From: Candidatus Thorarchaeota archaeon
Lineage (GTDB): Archaea > Asgardarchaeota > Thorarchaeia > Thorarchaeales > Thorarchaeaceae
Length of the DNA: 64,000 nt
Assembly (NCBI GenBank): GCA_048882045.1
Contig: JBHLRZ010000008.1
Location: forward strand, 32,001 to 96,000
Direction of reading: 5' to 3'
Each line of letters begins with the position of its first letter. The first letter of the stretch is position 1. A program made the position numbers and the translations under genes. This document shows positions 1 to 9,542 of this stretch, piece by piece. The notes under the pieces were generated by a model. It ran no database searches and was not told where the DNA came from. It saw nothing but the letters and a program-made list of their open reading frames with translations.

Positions 1-140
1 CGAAGGGAAGGACTTCCAAGACCACCAGCTCCTACCTGAACTACTGTCGTGTTCATGATGGTTTCCATATCCTCCTCCGATAAATCACGGAGAGCCAGCA
101 TTCTGGAATATCTTTCTCGCTGTTCGTCTGTAAGCTTCAT
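1..140 (-). CDS. ThiF/MoeB/E1-like adenylyltransferase, 5' part (runs off window edge)
   Basis: Not in ORF track. Manual translation from ATG at 140: MKLTDEQRERYSRMLALRDLSEEDMETIMNTTVVQVGAGGLGSPSLR, with the RYSR motif and GAGGLGSP nucleotide-binding loop. Confidence 0.85.
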   Translation of the reverse strand, partial: MKLTDEQRERYSRMLALRDLSEEDMETIMNTTVVQVGAGGLGSPSL

Positions 141-199
141 CTCGTAATACATGAACGCAGCGGCTCACTTAAAGCCTTGGACCAATATTTCGGACCATC

Positions 200-1024
200 A
201 TGGAGTACGAATCTGAGGTTGCAGTTGCATTGAAACGGAGTCCATCAGAGGCTTTAACCACAGCACTCTCCAAGCTCACCATTCCTCTTGATCCTCCTAA
301 GAAAATCAACCAAGTCATCATAAAACCATCAATCTATGACCCAGGTCTACCTGGGAACACGGATGTTCGAATGGTTGGTGCTATTGTTCGAATGTTCAAA
401 TCGTTAGGAACAGTCAAGATAGTTGAGAGTGACAATCCTATTCGGACAACTGCTGATGCTTTCACTAAAAGTGGTTACAATTCTCTGGTCCAAGAAGGTG
501 TAGAGCTATGCAATCTCACCGATGCTGATATGATCCCAGTCTCATTTCCCAACTATTTCTTCAAAAACCGTCGAATGCCAGAACTTCTCCATTCAGGAGG
601 ATTTCTAATTAATGTTGCCACACTCAAAGCTGAACCTGAGATTTGCACAGTTGGGGCAGGGATTAAGAACCTCTTTGGGCTTATACCTGAAACTGACAAG
701 AGCATTTATCATTCATCGATAGACGATGTCCTGATGGACCTTCTTTCAATCTATACTCCACATCTTACAATCATAGACCTCACTCAGGTTGTTATCGGTG
801 AGAGAGTCAATAGACAGGTCAAGATTGTTGGAGGCGTTGCTGTGAGCACTGACCCTGTCGCTGTAGATTCTTATTGTGCAAGTCTACTTGGATACAACCC
901 ATTGAAGATCGAACATCTTTTGAAGGCTCACAAGATTGGCTTTGGCGAGATACTTTCGGACCTAATCAGGGTCAGAGGAACAGAGCATCAGATTCATGAG
1001 CTTGAACGTATATTGAGAGAATAA
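200..1024 (+). CDS. DUF362 family protein
   Basis: VIIKPS, IVESD, INVATLK..H-like site, GAGIKNLFG, DPVAVD motifs. Confidence 0.8.
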   Translation: MEYESEVAVALKRSPSEALTTALSKLTIPLDPPKKINQVIIKPSIYDPGLPGNTDVRMVGAIVRMFKSLGTVKIVESDNPIRTTADAFTKSGYNSLVQEGVELCNLTDADMIPVSFPNYFFKNRRMPELLHSGGFLINVATLKAEPEICTVGAGIKNLFGLIPETDKSIYHSSIDDVLMDLLSIYTPHLTIIDLTQVVIGERVNRQVKIVGGVAVSTDPVAVDSYCASLLGYNPLKIEHLLKAHKIGFGEILSDLIRVRGTEHQIHELERILRE

Positions 1025-1118
1025 TTCTGCGTCAGGAAAGACTTTATCATGCCATTAATTTAGCCTGAAAACCTATTGCAGTCTCTGATTGTAATGATTG
1101 GACCTTAAGGTGGTTCAT

Positions 1119-2285
1119 ATGGACTGGACTTCACATACCATGGAAAGAATCCCTGCTTCTGGAACACTCAAGATGTTTGACCTTGCGAGGAAACTCGAAG
1201 CAGAAGGGAGACGTGTTTTTCACTTTGAGGTCGGTCAACCAGATTTCCCAACACCCGATAACATAATCGACGCTGGTATTCAGGCTCTTAAAGATGGACA
1301 CACTAGATATACCTCTTCACGTGGTATTCCCTCTCTTTTACAAGCGATTGAATCCTCCTATGGTCGTCGAGGAATGGAGATAGATGGTGGAAAAAATGTC
1401 ATTGTTACTCCAGGTGCAAAGATGGCCCTGTTTCAAGGATTCTTAAGTGTTCTAGATACTGGGGATGATGTTCTACTTCTTGCTCCAGCATGGCCAACAT
1501 ATCGTGTGATGATAAGAACAGCTATTGCAAAACCAATAGATGTCAGTACTAAGTCTGGCTATGAACTTGATAGGGAAGCTCTCAAGAACGCGGCATCTAA
1601 ATCGGTCACAGCCATCATCATTAATTCTCCGAACAACCCATCTGGTGGCGTTCTATCCAAAGACGATTTGAAGTTCATATTTGACCTAGCAGAGGATCGT
1701 GATTTTGTAGTCTTTTCAGACGAAATCTATGAAGCACTAATCTATGGCGACACTAAAAGAGCATCAATGCTCGAAGTGGATCCTACTCTCGAACGGACTT
1801 TGATCATCAATGGATTTTCCAAAACGTATGCAATGACTGGTTGGCGTCTAGGATATGCAATCGGAAATGAAGAAGTAATTGAAAATATGGTCCGCATCCA
1901 GCAAAATACTACTTCATGCGCAGCCTCATTCGTACAATATGCTGGAGTCGAGGCATTGGAAGGTGACCAGAGTTCAGTACTCAAGATGATTAGTGCATAT
2001 GAAGAACGTCGAGATCTTCTCAGTAAGTTGCTAAACAGGATTCCTGGTGTGAACTGTATTAATCCGAAAGGTGCATTTTATGCATTTCCAGACTTTTCTG
2101 CAGTCGGACTTAGCAGTCAGACACTCGCTGAGTTGATCCTTAGAAAGACTGGTCTTTGTACCACACCTGGCATTGTATTTGGCAAGAAATATGACAATAA
2201 TCTGAGGTTTTCCTACGCAGCAAGCATGGACGACATAAAGGAAGGTCTCGAGCTACTGACTGAATTCATCCCTACACTATACTAG
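1119..2285 (+). CDS. PLP-dependent class I/II aminotransferase (aspartate aminotransferase-like)
   Basis: GQPDFPTP, NSPNNPSG, DEIY, NGFSKTYAMTGWRLG (PLP lysine). Start moved to ATG 1119 behind AAGGTGG. Confidence 0.93.
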   Translation: MDWTSHTMERIPASGTLKMFDLARKLEAEGRRVFHFEVGQPDFPTPDNIIDAGIQALKDGHTRYTSSRGIPSLLQAIESSYGRRGMEIDGGKNVIVTPGAKMALFQGFLSVLDTGDDVLLLAPAWPTYRVMIRTAIAKPIDVSTKSGYELDREALKNAASKSVTAIIINSPNNPSGGVLSKDDLKFIFDLAEDRDFVVFSDEIYEALIYGDTKRASMLEVDPTLERTLIINGFSKTYAMTGWRLGYAIGNEEVIENMVRIQQNTTSCAASFVQYAGVEALEGDQSSVLKMISAYEERRDLLSKLLNRIPGVNCINPKGAFYAFPDFSAVGLSSQTLAELILRKTGLCTTPGIVFGKKYDNNLRFSYAASMDDIKEGLELLTEFIPTLY

Positions 2286-2295
2286 GGTGAAATGA

Positions 2296-2871
2296 TTGAG
2301 CTCCGATGAGAAACAAATACATTTTGAATGCACCAAATGCGGTGCATGCTGCCGAGAGGATAAACTCCTTGTAACTGTGACAGGTAATGACTTGGCTCGT
2401 ATCTCTAGGATTCTTGGATTGGCCGCTGGGGAACTGATCAGAGCAGTAGACTTCTACCTTGTTTCTGGAATGACTTCTCATGAAGGATTACGCGATTTTC
2501 CTCCCCTCCAGACAGAGAAGGGGCCAGCTTACATTGCACTCAAGAAGATGGAAAATGGCGACTGTGTCTTTCTCAAGGACAACCTCTGCATGATTCACAC
2601 AATACGACCAGTAGTTTGCATGTCCTTCCCATTTGTGTTCGAAGATGCAGGAGATCATCGAAGATGGGGTTTAAGTGCAATGAAGGACATCTGTCCCGGT
2701 CTTGGTACAGGACCCCGGGTCATAGGTTCAGATTTACTCGACCTTGCTGATACTATTTTGGAGGATCTTATCATCTTCAGACGATTCGCTGAGGAATGGA
2801 ATACTATTGAAGAACCTACTGCTCATAAGCTGATAGAAACAATACTCTCTGATCCAAGATTCTCTGTCTAG
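2296..2871 (+). CDS. YkgJ-family Zn/Fe-chelating cysteine cluster protein
   Basis: CTKCGACC, CVFL, CMIH..RPVVC..FPF, CPG motifs. Confidence 0.85.
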   Translation: MSSDEKQIHFECTKCGACCREDKLLVTVTGNDLARISRILGLAAGELIRAVDFYLVSGMTSHEGLRDFPPLQTEKGPAYIALKKMENGDCVFLKDNLCMIHTIRPVVCMSFPFVFEDAGDHRRWGLSAMKDICPGLGTGPRVIGSDLLDLADTILEDLIIFRRFAEEWNTIEEPTAHKLIETILSDPRFSV

Positions 2872-3848
2872 AGTTTGGTGAGTATCTGGAGAATATTGCC
2901 AAAATTATGCTCGACAGTCCTGCTTTTTTCTGCATACTCTCCAAGGATTAGGAAACGTTCGTCTGTTCCAGCCAATTCACGGTATTTGTCTGACCTTATC
3001 TTCGAGTGAATCTCATTGTTCAGTATCAAGATGTCGTCTGATGATCTCAGGATGTATTGGAGCATCTTGATCAACATGTCAAACTGTTGAATATCCCTGA
3101 GTTGAAGTGTTTGACTATAGAACTGGAATTCGAGCCTATCGAGTCGTTCCCGCATTCGAACGAGTTCTAGCATCCAGGGATCTACCTCTTCCCTTTCCAG
3201 TTCATCCCCGAACCTAGCCCAATAGTTCTGCTGCTCAAGGAGCTGCACCAAGTAGTTGCGTAGGAATTGAAAATGATCTATGCCTTCCTCAATATCATCC
3301 TCAGTACCAATGGGCTCCATCATCTGATCAGTCTGACTGTGTTTCACTGCAATCATGAGGGAGAATTTATCGACATATTTCTTCACTTCGTCAGTCTTTT
3401 CCTTCTCTGTCATGAGGTCAGTGAATGTGTCTCCCAGTGTGAGTATGAACTTATACAAGCACTCTGAACAGATTTCTGCACTACTTGTAATCTCCTTTGT
3501 AGAAAGGAATTGCATTGCATCCTCGAGGTCATTTCCCGGGACATCCTTTCCATGTATTCTTAGTACCCATCCTTGTGAGATACAGTAGACTTTGTTATTT
3601 GGATAGTTGATAAATATCGAAGCATAGCAGACATTTCCATCAGTAGCTCTTTCTTCTTGCATACTCTCCTTGTCAAAATGGAAAGAAAAGATAGAGGGGT
3701 CGATTTCTATCGCGTCAATCTCTAGCACACTGTCGTTATTGACACACAGTTTTTCATCACCGAAGACCTTGTAGCAGGGACAACCTCGTATCAACTTGAT
3801 TGATCCTTGTTGCTCCTCCTGGTTCTGAGCGCCGTACACGGTCTTCAT
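2868..3848 (-). CDS. Hypothetical Cys-rich protein, paralogue of 3908-4879
   Basis: 326-aa ORF with RGCPCY..FG..KLCVNND, CY, CISQ, CSECLY and a helical C-terminal half. Confidence 0.75.
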   Translation of the reverse strand: MKTVYGAQNQEEQQGSIKLIRGCPCYKVFGDEKLCVNNDSVLEIDAIEIDPSIFSFHFDKESMQEERATDGNVCYASIFINYPNNKVYCISQGWVLRIHGKDVPGNDLEDAMQFLSTKEITSSAEICSECLYKFILTLGDTFTDLMTEKEKTDEVKKYVDKFSLMIAVKHSQTDQMMEPIGTEDDIEEGIDHFQFLRNYLVQLLEQQNYWARFGDELEREEVDPWMLELVRMRERLDRLEFQFYSQTLQLRDIQQFDMLIKMLQYILRSSDDILILNNEIHSKIRSDKYRELAGTDERFLILGEYAEKSRTVEHNFGNILQILTKL

Positions 3849-3907
3849 CTCATCTCAAGCCTACTTTCAGGACATTCCTGACTACTCAAGTACCCATTTA
3901 GCAGTTA

Positions 3908-4879
3908 TTATGAAGTATTTGAATCGATTTCGTGTAATACTGATACCAAGTTACTGAATCGATACTCAGTTTCCTTCCTTTTCTGAGTGTGTTGAGAAAG
4001 CATTTCCTGAATGTTTGCTGGAATTGCATCTCGATTCATCAGGTCATTTGTCCTTTCACGAATTTCATCGTTTGTCCTCATGACTCGCTCTGATACATTT
4101 ACCATAAAATGAAGGGCATCAAGCGGGTGAGTTTCTTCTCTTTCATCCTCCAATGCTTGTACTTGAAAAAGGAAGACAGATTCAAGCCTTGAAAGAGTAC
4201 TGTAAGACTCTATCAGGGCAATGAGGTCAGATTCAGCCTGAGACTTCTTCAGATTGCGAATCATCGAAATCCAATGTGACCGAGTTCTATTAAGATCATT
4301 CATGTAACTTGGCAAGTGTTTCTTGAAATCCTCAATCCCGTTAGTATCATCGTAACCACTGAGTTGCATAGCTATCGTGTTTGCAAGATTCCTCACGTAT
4401 GAATCGATGATTTCTCTCCTCTCATCATCTGTCAGAAGGCTTTCCGAGCTCTCGCCCATTGTTCTCAGGTATCTGTATAGACAGTCTGAGCACAATACTC
4501 CGTCTCTGTGTTTTTCTGAGGAGGTTACGAACTGAAGTGCACTATCAATCTCTGAGGCTTTGACATCATGGTTGTTGATACGAATCCTCTGACTTTGACT
4601 TACGCAATAACAGTATCCCTCTTCTCTGTCTAGGAATGTTATGAGGTAACACAGATTTTCATTTGAACTTCCAAACTCCTCTAGGTTGTCTTTTGATGTA
4701 AGGGAATCGAAGAAGCTTGGATCAACAGAGATAGCTCTAATCGGATTCACTGTGTCATTATTCAGACATACCTTCTCCAGGTTTGAAGAGTTTCCAAATT
4801 CCCGATAACAGGGACAGCCTCTTACAATTAGGGTCATACCATCAGTGTGGTCGATGAGATTGGCTGGGTTAATGTTCAC
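3908..4879 (-). CDS. Hypothetical Cys-rich protein, paralogue of 2868-3848
   Basis: 323-aa ORF with RGCPCY.EFG..KVCLNND, CY, CVSQ, CSDCLY and a helical C-terminal half. Confidence 0.75.
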   Translation of the reverse strand: MNINPANLIDHTDGMTLIVRGCPCYREFGNSSNLEKVCLNNDTVNPIRAISVDPSFFDSLTSKDNLEEFGSSNENLCYLITFLDREEGYCYCVSQSQRIRINNHDVKASEIDSALQFVTSSEKHRDGVLCSDCLYRYLRTMGESSESLLTDDERREIIDSYVRNLANTIAMQLSGYDDTNGIEDFKKHLPSYMNDLNRTRSHWISMIRNLKKSQAESDLIALIESYSTLSRLESVFLFQVQALEDEREETHPLDALHFMVNVSERVMRTNDEIRERTNDLMNRDAIPANIQEMLSQHTQKRKETEYRFSNLVSVLHEIDSNTS

Positions 4880-5050
4880 TCGAGAGGCCTCTGAAGTATC
4901 GACTTCTTATCACATATTAATGAATAAGAGCAGATAGCAGTTTTCTTTGCAGCCAACTTCTACAGGTGGCAACGTTCTCAGAAATAGTTCACATTTGAAT
5001 GAATCTCGCATGTGAGGATGAAACGAGCCTGTGGGACTCGCTTATACAGA

Positions 5051-5191
5051 TCAGCCCCACAGTTCTCTCTTCAAAAGATCCCTAATTGCGATGCGAATGG
5101 CTTCTGATCGGTTTGGATAGAGGTTGCTCTCAACCAATTTCTCCAGACCATCCACATAGGTTTCGGGAATGTGCAGCGTTACAAGTTTCAT
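5051..5191 (-). CDS. Small ribbon-helix-helix regulator, CdrS/aCcr1-like
   Basis: Below the ORF-track cutoff. 46 aa MKLVTLHIPETYVDGLEKLVESNLYPNRSEAIRIAIRDLLKRELWG, with an N-terminal beta strand and the YPNRSEAIR signature. SD GGGTGA upstream. Confidence 0.88.
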   Translation of the reverse strand: MKLVTLHIPETYVDGLEKLVESNLYPNRSEAIRIAIRDLLKRELWG

Positions 5192-5746
5192 AGTGGTATT
5201 CACCCAAGTATGCTTGGTGTCATACGTCAATATGATTGTAAGTAATACTCGGTCGATATTCGAATCTTTAACGAAGACATCAGCTAAACTATGGCATATA
5301 TCAGACGACGGAATTGCACCAATCCTGGGTCGTGCTGATTGTGGACAGATAGAGAGGCATTGACAATCTATTCAAAAAAAAAATCTTCATTGTTGAGAAA
5401 TAGTGGGTGAATCTCTGGACCTATCAAACCTTGGTCTATAGAAATGGGGAGCATGATAGCTCCCTTTTCATAAAAGAGAAAGACGTACAAACACCGGGAG
5501 GAAGATTGTACGCCACGACATAAGCATTGATGCTTCTCATAAGTCATCTTGTATATTGTAGCCAATACTGGGTCAGTACTCTGTGTATTATTGAGGACTT
5601 TTTGGCGTATCGTGAGGGTCAATACTGAGTATAGTTTCAAATTCAAACATTGATGAATCCTTCTTCGGCTACTGCCGACCTCTCGGAATACATTTATGCT
5701 AGCTGAATGTTACCGTGGCCGTTCAACATAATGTTGAGGTGTACAA

Positions 5747-6508
5747 ATGGCTTCAGATGCAGAGAGTAAAGCAGCTGGTAAAGCCGAGGATGAAGTGAAG
5801 GTTACCAAAGAGCTCGAATCCCTTAAATGGATTCGAGAGAGGCGCTCTATCCGAGAGTTTACTGGCGAGAAAATCCCCGATGAAGACATCGAGTTAATAT
5901 TAGAAGCGGCGCGACATGCCCCAAGTCCAGAGAACATGTTGATGATGCGTTTCATTGTCATACGTGATGACCAAGAAACAAAGGTATTTCTTGCTGATAT
6001 CGCGCAAGAAATGGCTCAGACAGCTTTTGGTGGAGCTCCTTTTGAACTTACAAGTGGTAGAAACTGGTTCATTAGTGACCCTTACAGAGCAGCTGTCTAT
6101 GCCCGACTCAGGGATGGCGAATTATTCAGATACCCCGAGAAAAGTGACACAGTCATCATTGTCTGCGCTAGTGACTCATGGCATGATGCAGGATATCTCT
6201 ATCCCAACTCACTATTCGGATCCGTTGTCTGTGGTATGGCTGTCCAAAATATGTGGCTAACTGCTACAGAACTCGGATATGGATGTGGATACGAGGCTCT
6301 TGTTGCTTCCGATCCACGCCATGCAGAACTGATTCGTGATAGACTTGGAATCCCGCCAATCTGGGAACCTCTAACAGCGTTCTGTATTGGACAGCGAGTG
6401 TCACCAAGAGCACTAGGTCCTAGCAGAGCTCCTCTAGAAGGGCTAATGTATGACGAACGATGGGGCAATCCATACAAAAGAATAGCATTCAGGAAGGAGG
6501 ACAAGTAA
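5747..6508 (+). CDS. Nitroreductase-family flavoprotein (paralogue 1)
   Basis: RRSIREF, LEAARHAPS, AVQNMWLTATELGYG motifs. Confidence 0.88.
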   Translation: MASDAESKAAGKAEDEVKVTKELESLKWIRERRSIREFTGEKIPDEDIELILEAARHAPSPENMLMMRFIVIRDDQETKVFLADIAQEMAQTAFGGAPFELTSGRNWFISDPYRAAVYARLRDGELFRYPEKSDTVIIVCASDSWHDAGYLYPNSLFGSVVCGMAVQNMWLTATELGYGCGYEALVASDPRHAELIRDRLGIPPIWEPLTAFCIGQRVSPRALGPSRAPLEGLMYDERWGNPYKRIAFRKEDK

Positions 6509-6509
6509 G

Positions 6510-7037
6510 ATGGACGTTAATTTCGAAGGCGAAACTTTCGAGAACATGAAGAAGTTGGCTGAGGAGGCTGGTCTTACTCCTGAAGGGCTCATTGAAGTGG
6601 TCATGGAACAATTCTGTGACAACAAGGGTGCAAGAGTCTATACAGGCAGATGGACTGGTGGAGAAGTAGACGGTGAGAAAGGATTCCGTTATGTGCCTCA
6701 ATGGCCTTTCCGACCAGGATTCAAGGAGGCCACTGGCGACAAGGTGAAGAAATGGAAGTCTGGAGGAAAATCCTATAGGCCTCATCCAACAGGCGCATGG
6801 CCATTCTATCCACGGCTTAAGGAAGGCGATATTCAGCACGAATATTGGAACACCAAAAAGATGATTCACCAAGCTTTCATCAATGATAGAAAAGGCCGAG
6901 TTGTTGTCTTGATGGAAGGCGACAAGTATGACGCCTTCTTGGACAAAGTGAAACAGAGAAAGGGCAACTTCTGGGCAACCTCTGTGGATGCTGCAATGCA
7001 TGAAGCTGTGGATGAATGGATGGCAAAGGAGGAATAA
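6510..7037 (+). CDS. Hypothetical protein in lipid-catabolic operon
   Basis: 175-aa ORF abutting both neighbours, strong SD (GGAGGA). Internal WPFRP/WPFYP repeat. Confidence 0.75.
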   Translation: MDVNFEGETFENMKKLAEEAGLTPEGLIEVVMEQFCDNKGARVYTGRWTGGEVDGEKGFRYVPQWPFRPGFKEATGDKVKKWKSGGKSYRPHPTGAWPFYPRLKEGDIQHEYWNTKKMIHQAFINDRKGRVVVLMEGDKYDAFLDKVKQRKGNFWATSVDAAMHEAVDEWMAKEE

Positions 7038-7040
7038 AAG

Positions 7041-7400
7041 ATGTCACAACTACAAGAATTCTTCAAATTCCTGATGACACAGTGCAATACCAAGGATGAC
7101 CTAAAGAAGCAGCTCGCTGAGTGGGTGGGTCCTTACCATGGCAAGATCCTTCAGGTTCACACCGAGGAAGGTGACAGTTACATGGTTGTTACAAAGGATA
7201 AGATCGAGATATTCGATGGAGTCTATCCAAGTCCTGATGTTATATACAAAGCCAACTCAGAAACATTACTTGGTATCTTTACTGGGGAAATTCCATTCAG
7301 AGATACGATGAAGGATGGAAGTCTTGAAGTGATCGGAAATGCTCACGAGAGTGATCCTCTTGCCAACCTAATTCTTGCGGTCATGATGGGAGCAATGTAG
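7041..7400 (+). CDS. SCP2 sterol/lipid-binding domain protein
   Basis: PDVIYKANSETLLGIFTGEIPF..MKDGSLEVIGN matches the SCP2 pattern. Lies beside beta-oxidation genes. Confidence 0.8.
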   Translation: MSQLQEFFKFLMTQCNTKDDLKKQLAEWVGPYHGKILQVHTEEGDSYMVVTKDKIEIFDGVYPSPDVIYKANSETLLGIFTGEIPFRDTMKDGSLEVIGNAHESDPLANLILAVMMGAM

Positions 7401-7411
7401 GAGGTCTAGCA

Positions 7412-8533
7412 ATGGTGAAAAAGATCGCAGTCATAGGCGCTGGGCTCATGGGCGCAGGTATTGCCTATGTATCAGCATGGAATGGCTTTGAAGTCGCGCT
7501 CGTGGATATCAAACAAGAGTTCGTTGATGCAGGTATGGAACGTATTCGTACCGATGTCATGACTGGTATTGATAAGGGAAAGATCTCCATGAGCGAAGCT
7601 GAAGGCCTTATGGGTAGGTTGAGTCCTACTACTAACACCGAGGAGGCCGTCAAGGATGCTGACTTGGTTATTGAGGCTATCTTCGAGAACATGGATGTAA
7701 AGAAAGAGGTCTTTGCCAAGATTGATGCTGCTGCACCACCATCCACGATTCTGGCAACAAACACATCATCACTAAGTATTGATGAACTGGCAGGAGCTAC
7801 AAAACGTCCTGACAAATTCATTGGTATGCACTATTTCTCACCTGTTCCAGCCATGAAGCTTCTAGAGCTAGTAATTGGAGATAAAACAGGTGATGAAACT
7901 ATTGCAGTTGCTGAAGAAGTTGGGAAGAAACAAGGTAAGACGACAGTGATAGCCAAGAACAGCCCAGGCTTCATTGTTAATCGAATCCTCAATCCAGCAA
8001 TGCTCGAGGCGATTCGGATGTTAGAACGTGGCGAAGCAACGAAGGAGGAGATTGATAATGCAATGGTGAGTGTAGGTCGGGCTCCAGCAGGTCCCTTCAC
8101 GTTGGGTGATTTTGTTGGGCTTGATATTGCATTCAATGCTTTGTCGACACTCTACAGAGAGCTTGGAGACTGCTTCACGCCTCCTGATACCCTGAAGAAC
8201 CTTGTCGAAGCAAAACACTTGGGTATGAAGACCAAGAGAGGCTTTTACTCATATGGAGGAGAGGAAATTCCACCAGAGCCTCCGAAAGGTGCCGATCCTC
8301 AGTGGATTGTGGAACGGATCAATATACCCGCCATACGAGAGGCAATGATTCTTGTTGATGATGGCATCGCTTCTGTAGAAGACATCAATATGGCCATGAA
8401 ACTTGGTGCAAGCTGGCCCATGGGTCCATTCGAAATGCTTGAGAATTATGGTGTTGACAAGGTCCGTGATTTCATCAAGAAACTCAATGATGAACTAGGG
8501 GACTGCTATTCTGTACCAAAATATCTAGGTTAG
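7412..8533 (+). CDS. 3-hydroxyacyl-CoA dehydrogenase with duplicated C-terminal domain
   Basis: GAGLMG, EAIFE, TNTSS, GMHYFSPV, PGFIVNR; two GP(F) C-terminal repeats. Confidence 0.93.
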   Translation: MVKKIAVIGAGLMGAGIAYVSAWNGFEVALVDIKQEFVDAGMERIRTDVMTGIDKGKISMSEAEGLMGRLSPTTNTEEAVKDADLVIEAIFENMDVKKEVFAKIDAAAPPSTILATNTSSLSIDELAGATKRPDKFIGMHYFSPVPAMKLLELVIGDKTGDETIAVAEEVGKKQGKTTVIAKNSPGFIVNRILNPAMLEAIRMLERGEATKEEIDNAMVSVGRAPAGPFTLGDFVGLDIAFNALSTLYRELGDCFTPPDTLKNLVEAKHLGMKTKRGFYSYGGEEIPPEPPKGADPQWIVERINIPAIREAMILVDDGIASVEDINMAMKLGASWPMGPFEMLENYGVDKVRDFIKKLNDELGDCYSVPKYLG

Positions 8534-8676
8534 AACATGCTGGCAGGGTTCAATCCCTGCCTCCTCATTTTTGAAAGAATATTGGTTAAAATCAGTAACC
8601 ATTCCCCCATGATAAATGAGGTTTATAAGTCGGTCACTCTCTCCGAAATCCGTATAATCTCCGAAAGGTGGAAAAA

Positions 8677-9489
8677 ATGCCAGAGTATGAAACATTACTT
8701 TACTCAAAGGAAGGTTCGTTTCTTTCTCCTGCAAAGAACGTAGCTGTAATCAAGATGAATCGCGTTGATGCCATGAATGCCTTCAACGCAACTATCCTCA
8801 ACGAGCTTGTTGAAGCTCTGAAAGAGGCTGAAAACGATCCAGAGGTAAGGTCAATCGTAATCGCATCAACACACGATAAGGTGTTTGGTGTTGGTGCAGA
8901 CCTTAAGGAGGCGCAGGCACTCCTGAGTTCACCTGATGAAGTTCAACCTCTCTTGAAACAAGGTATCGAAGCTATTGATACTGTTGCAAAGCTCTCCAAG
9001 CCAGTAATAGCAGCCGTTAATGGACTTTGTCTTGGCGGTGGTTTCGAACTTGCTCTCGCCTCTGATATCCGAATCTGTGATACTGAGGCAAAGCTTGGAG
9101 CAGTAGAGGTTGGAATTGGATTAATTCCATCATGGGGAGGATGCTGTAGACTCCCCAGAATTGTTGGACTTGGAAAGGCAATGGAGATGACTCTAACTGG
9201 CGGACAGATCACAGCGCAAGAGGCTCTGGAGATGGGACTTGTGAGCAAAGTCGTTGGCAAGGATGAGTTATTGAGCCAAGCTATGTGGTACGGAGCGAAA
9301 TTTGGTGGAAATGCACCAGTAGCTTTGAAGCTAGCAAAACAAGCGACGCATATGGCTTTCGAGAGTGACTATAAACACAATTTCGAGTTTCAAGTCGACG
9401 CTGGTGTTCAATGTTTCCACACAAAGGATCTTGCTGAAGGAATCGCCTCGGTCTTTGAGAAAAGACGCGGAAAATTCACGGGAGAGTAA
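8677..9489 (+). CDS. Enoyl-CoA hydratase/isomerase (crotonase)
   Basis: GADL, GGGFELALASD, EVGIGLIPSWGG motifs. Confidence 0.92.
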   Translation: MPEYETLLYSKEGSFLSPAKNVAVIKMNRVDAMNAFNATILNELVEALKEAENDPEVRSIVIASTHDKVFGVGADLKEAQALLSSPDEVQPLLKQGIEAIDTVAKLSKPVIAAVNGLCLGGGFELALASDIRICDTEAKLGAVEVGIGLIPSWGGCCRLPRIVGLGKAMEMTLTGGQITAQEALEMGLVSKVVGKDELLSQAMWYGAKFGGNAPVALKLAKQATHMAFESDYKHNFEFQVDAGVQCFHTKDLAEGIASVFEKRRGKFTGE

Positions 9490-9499
9490 CTTTTCTTGG

Positions 9500-9530
9500 T
9501 CCTCCCAATTGGGAGGATCTTCTCTTTCTT
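9500..9530 (+). terminator. Hairpin plus pyrimidine tract between convergent genes
   Basis: TCCTCCC-AATT-GGGAGGA followed by TCTTCTCTTTCTT. Confidence 0.6.
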
Positions 9531-9542
9531 TCATAGAAATTT

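Noticed and set aside
5368-5646. ORF-track ORFs in long intergenic gaps (5368-5646, 5169-5363, 41554-41808, 59205-59459)
   Set aside because: No recognisable motifs, atypical composition and no convincing SD; treated as non-coding.
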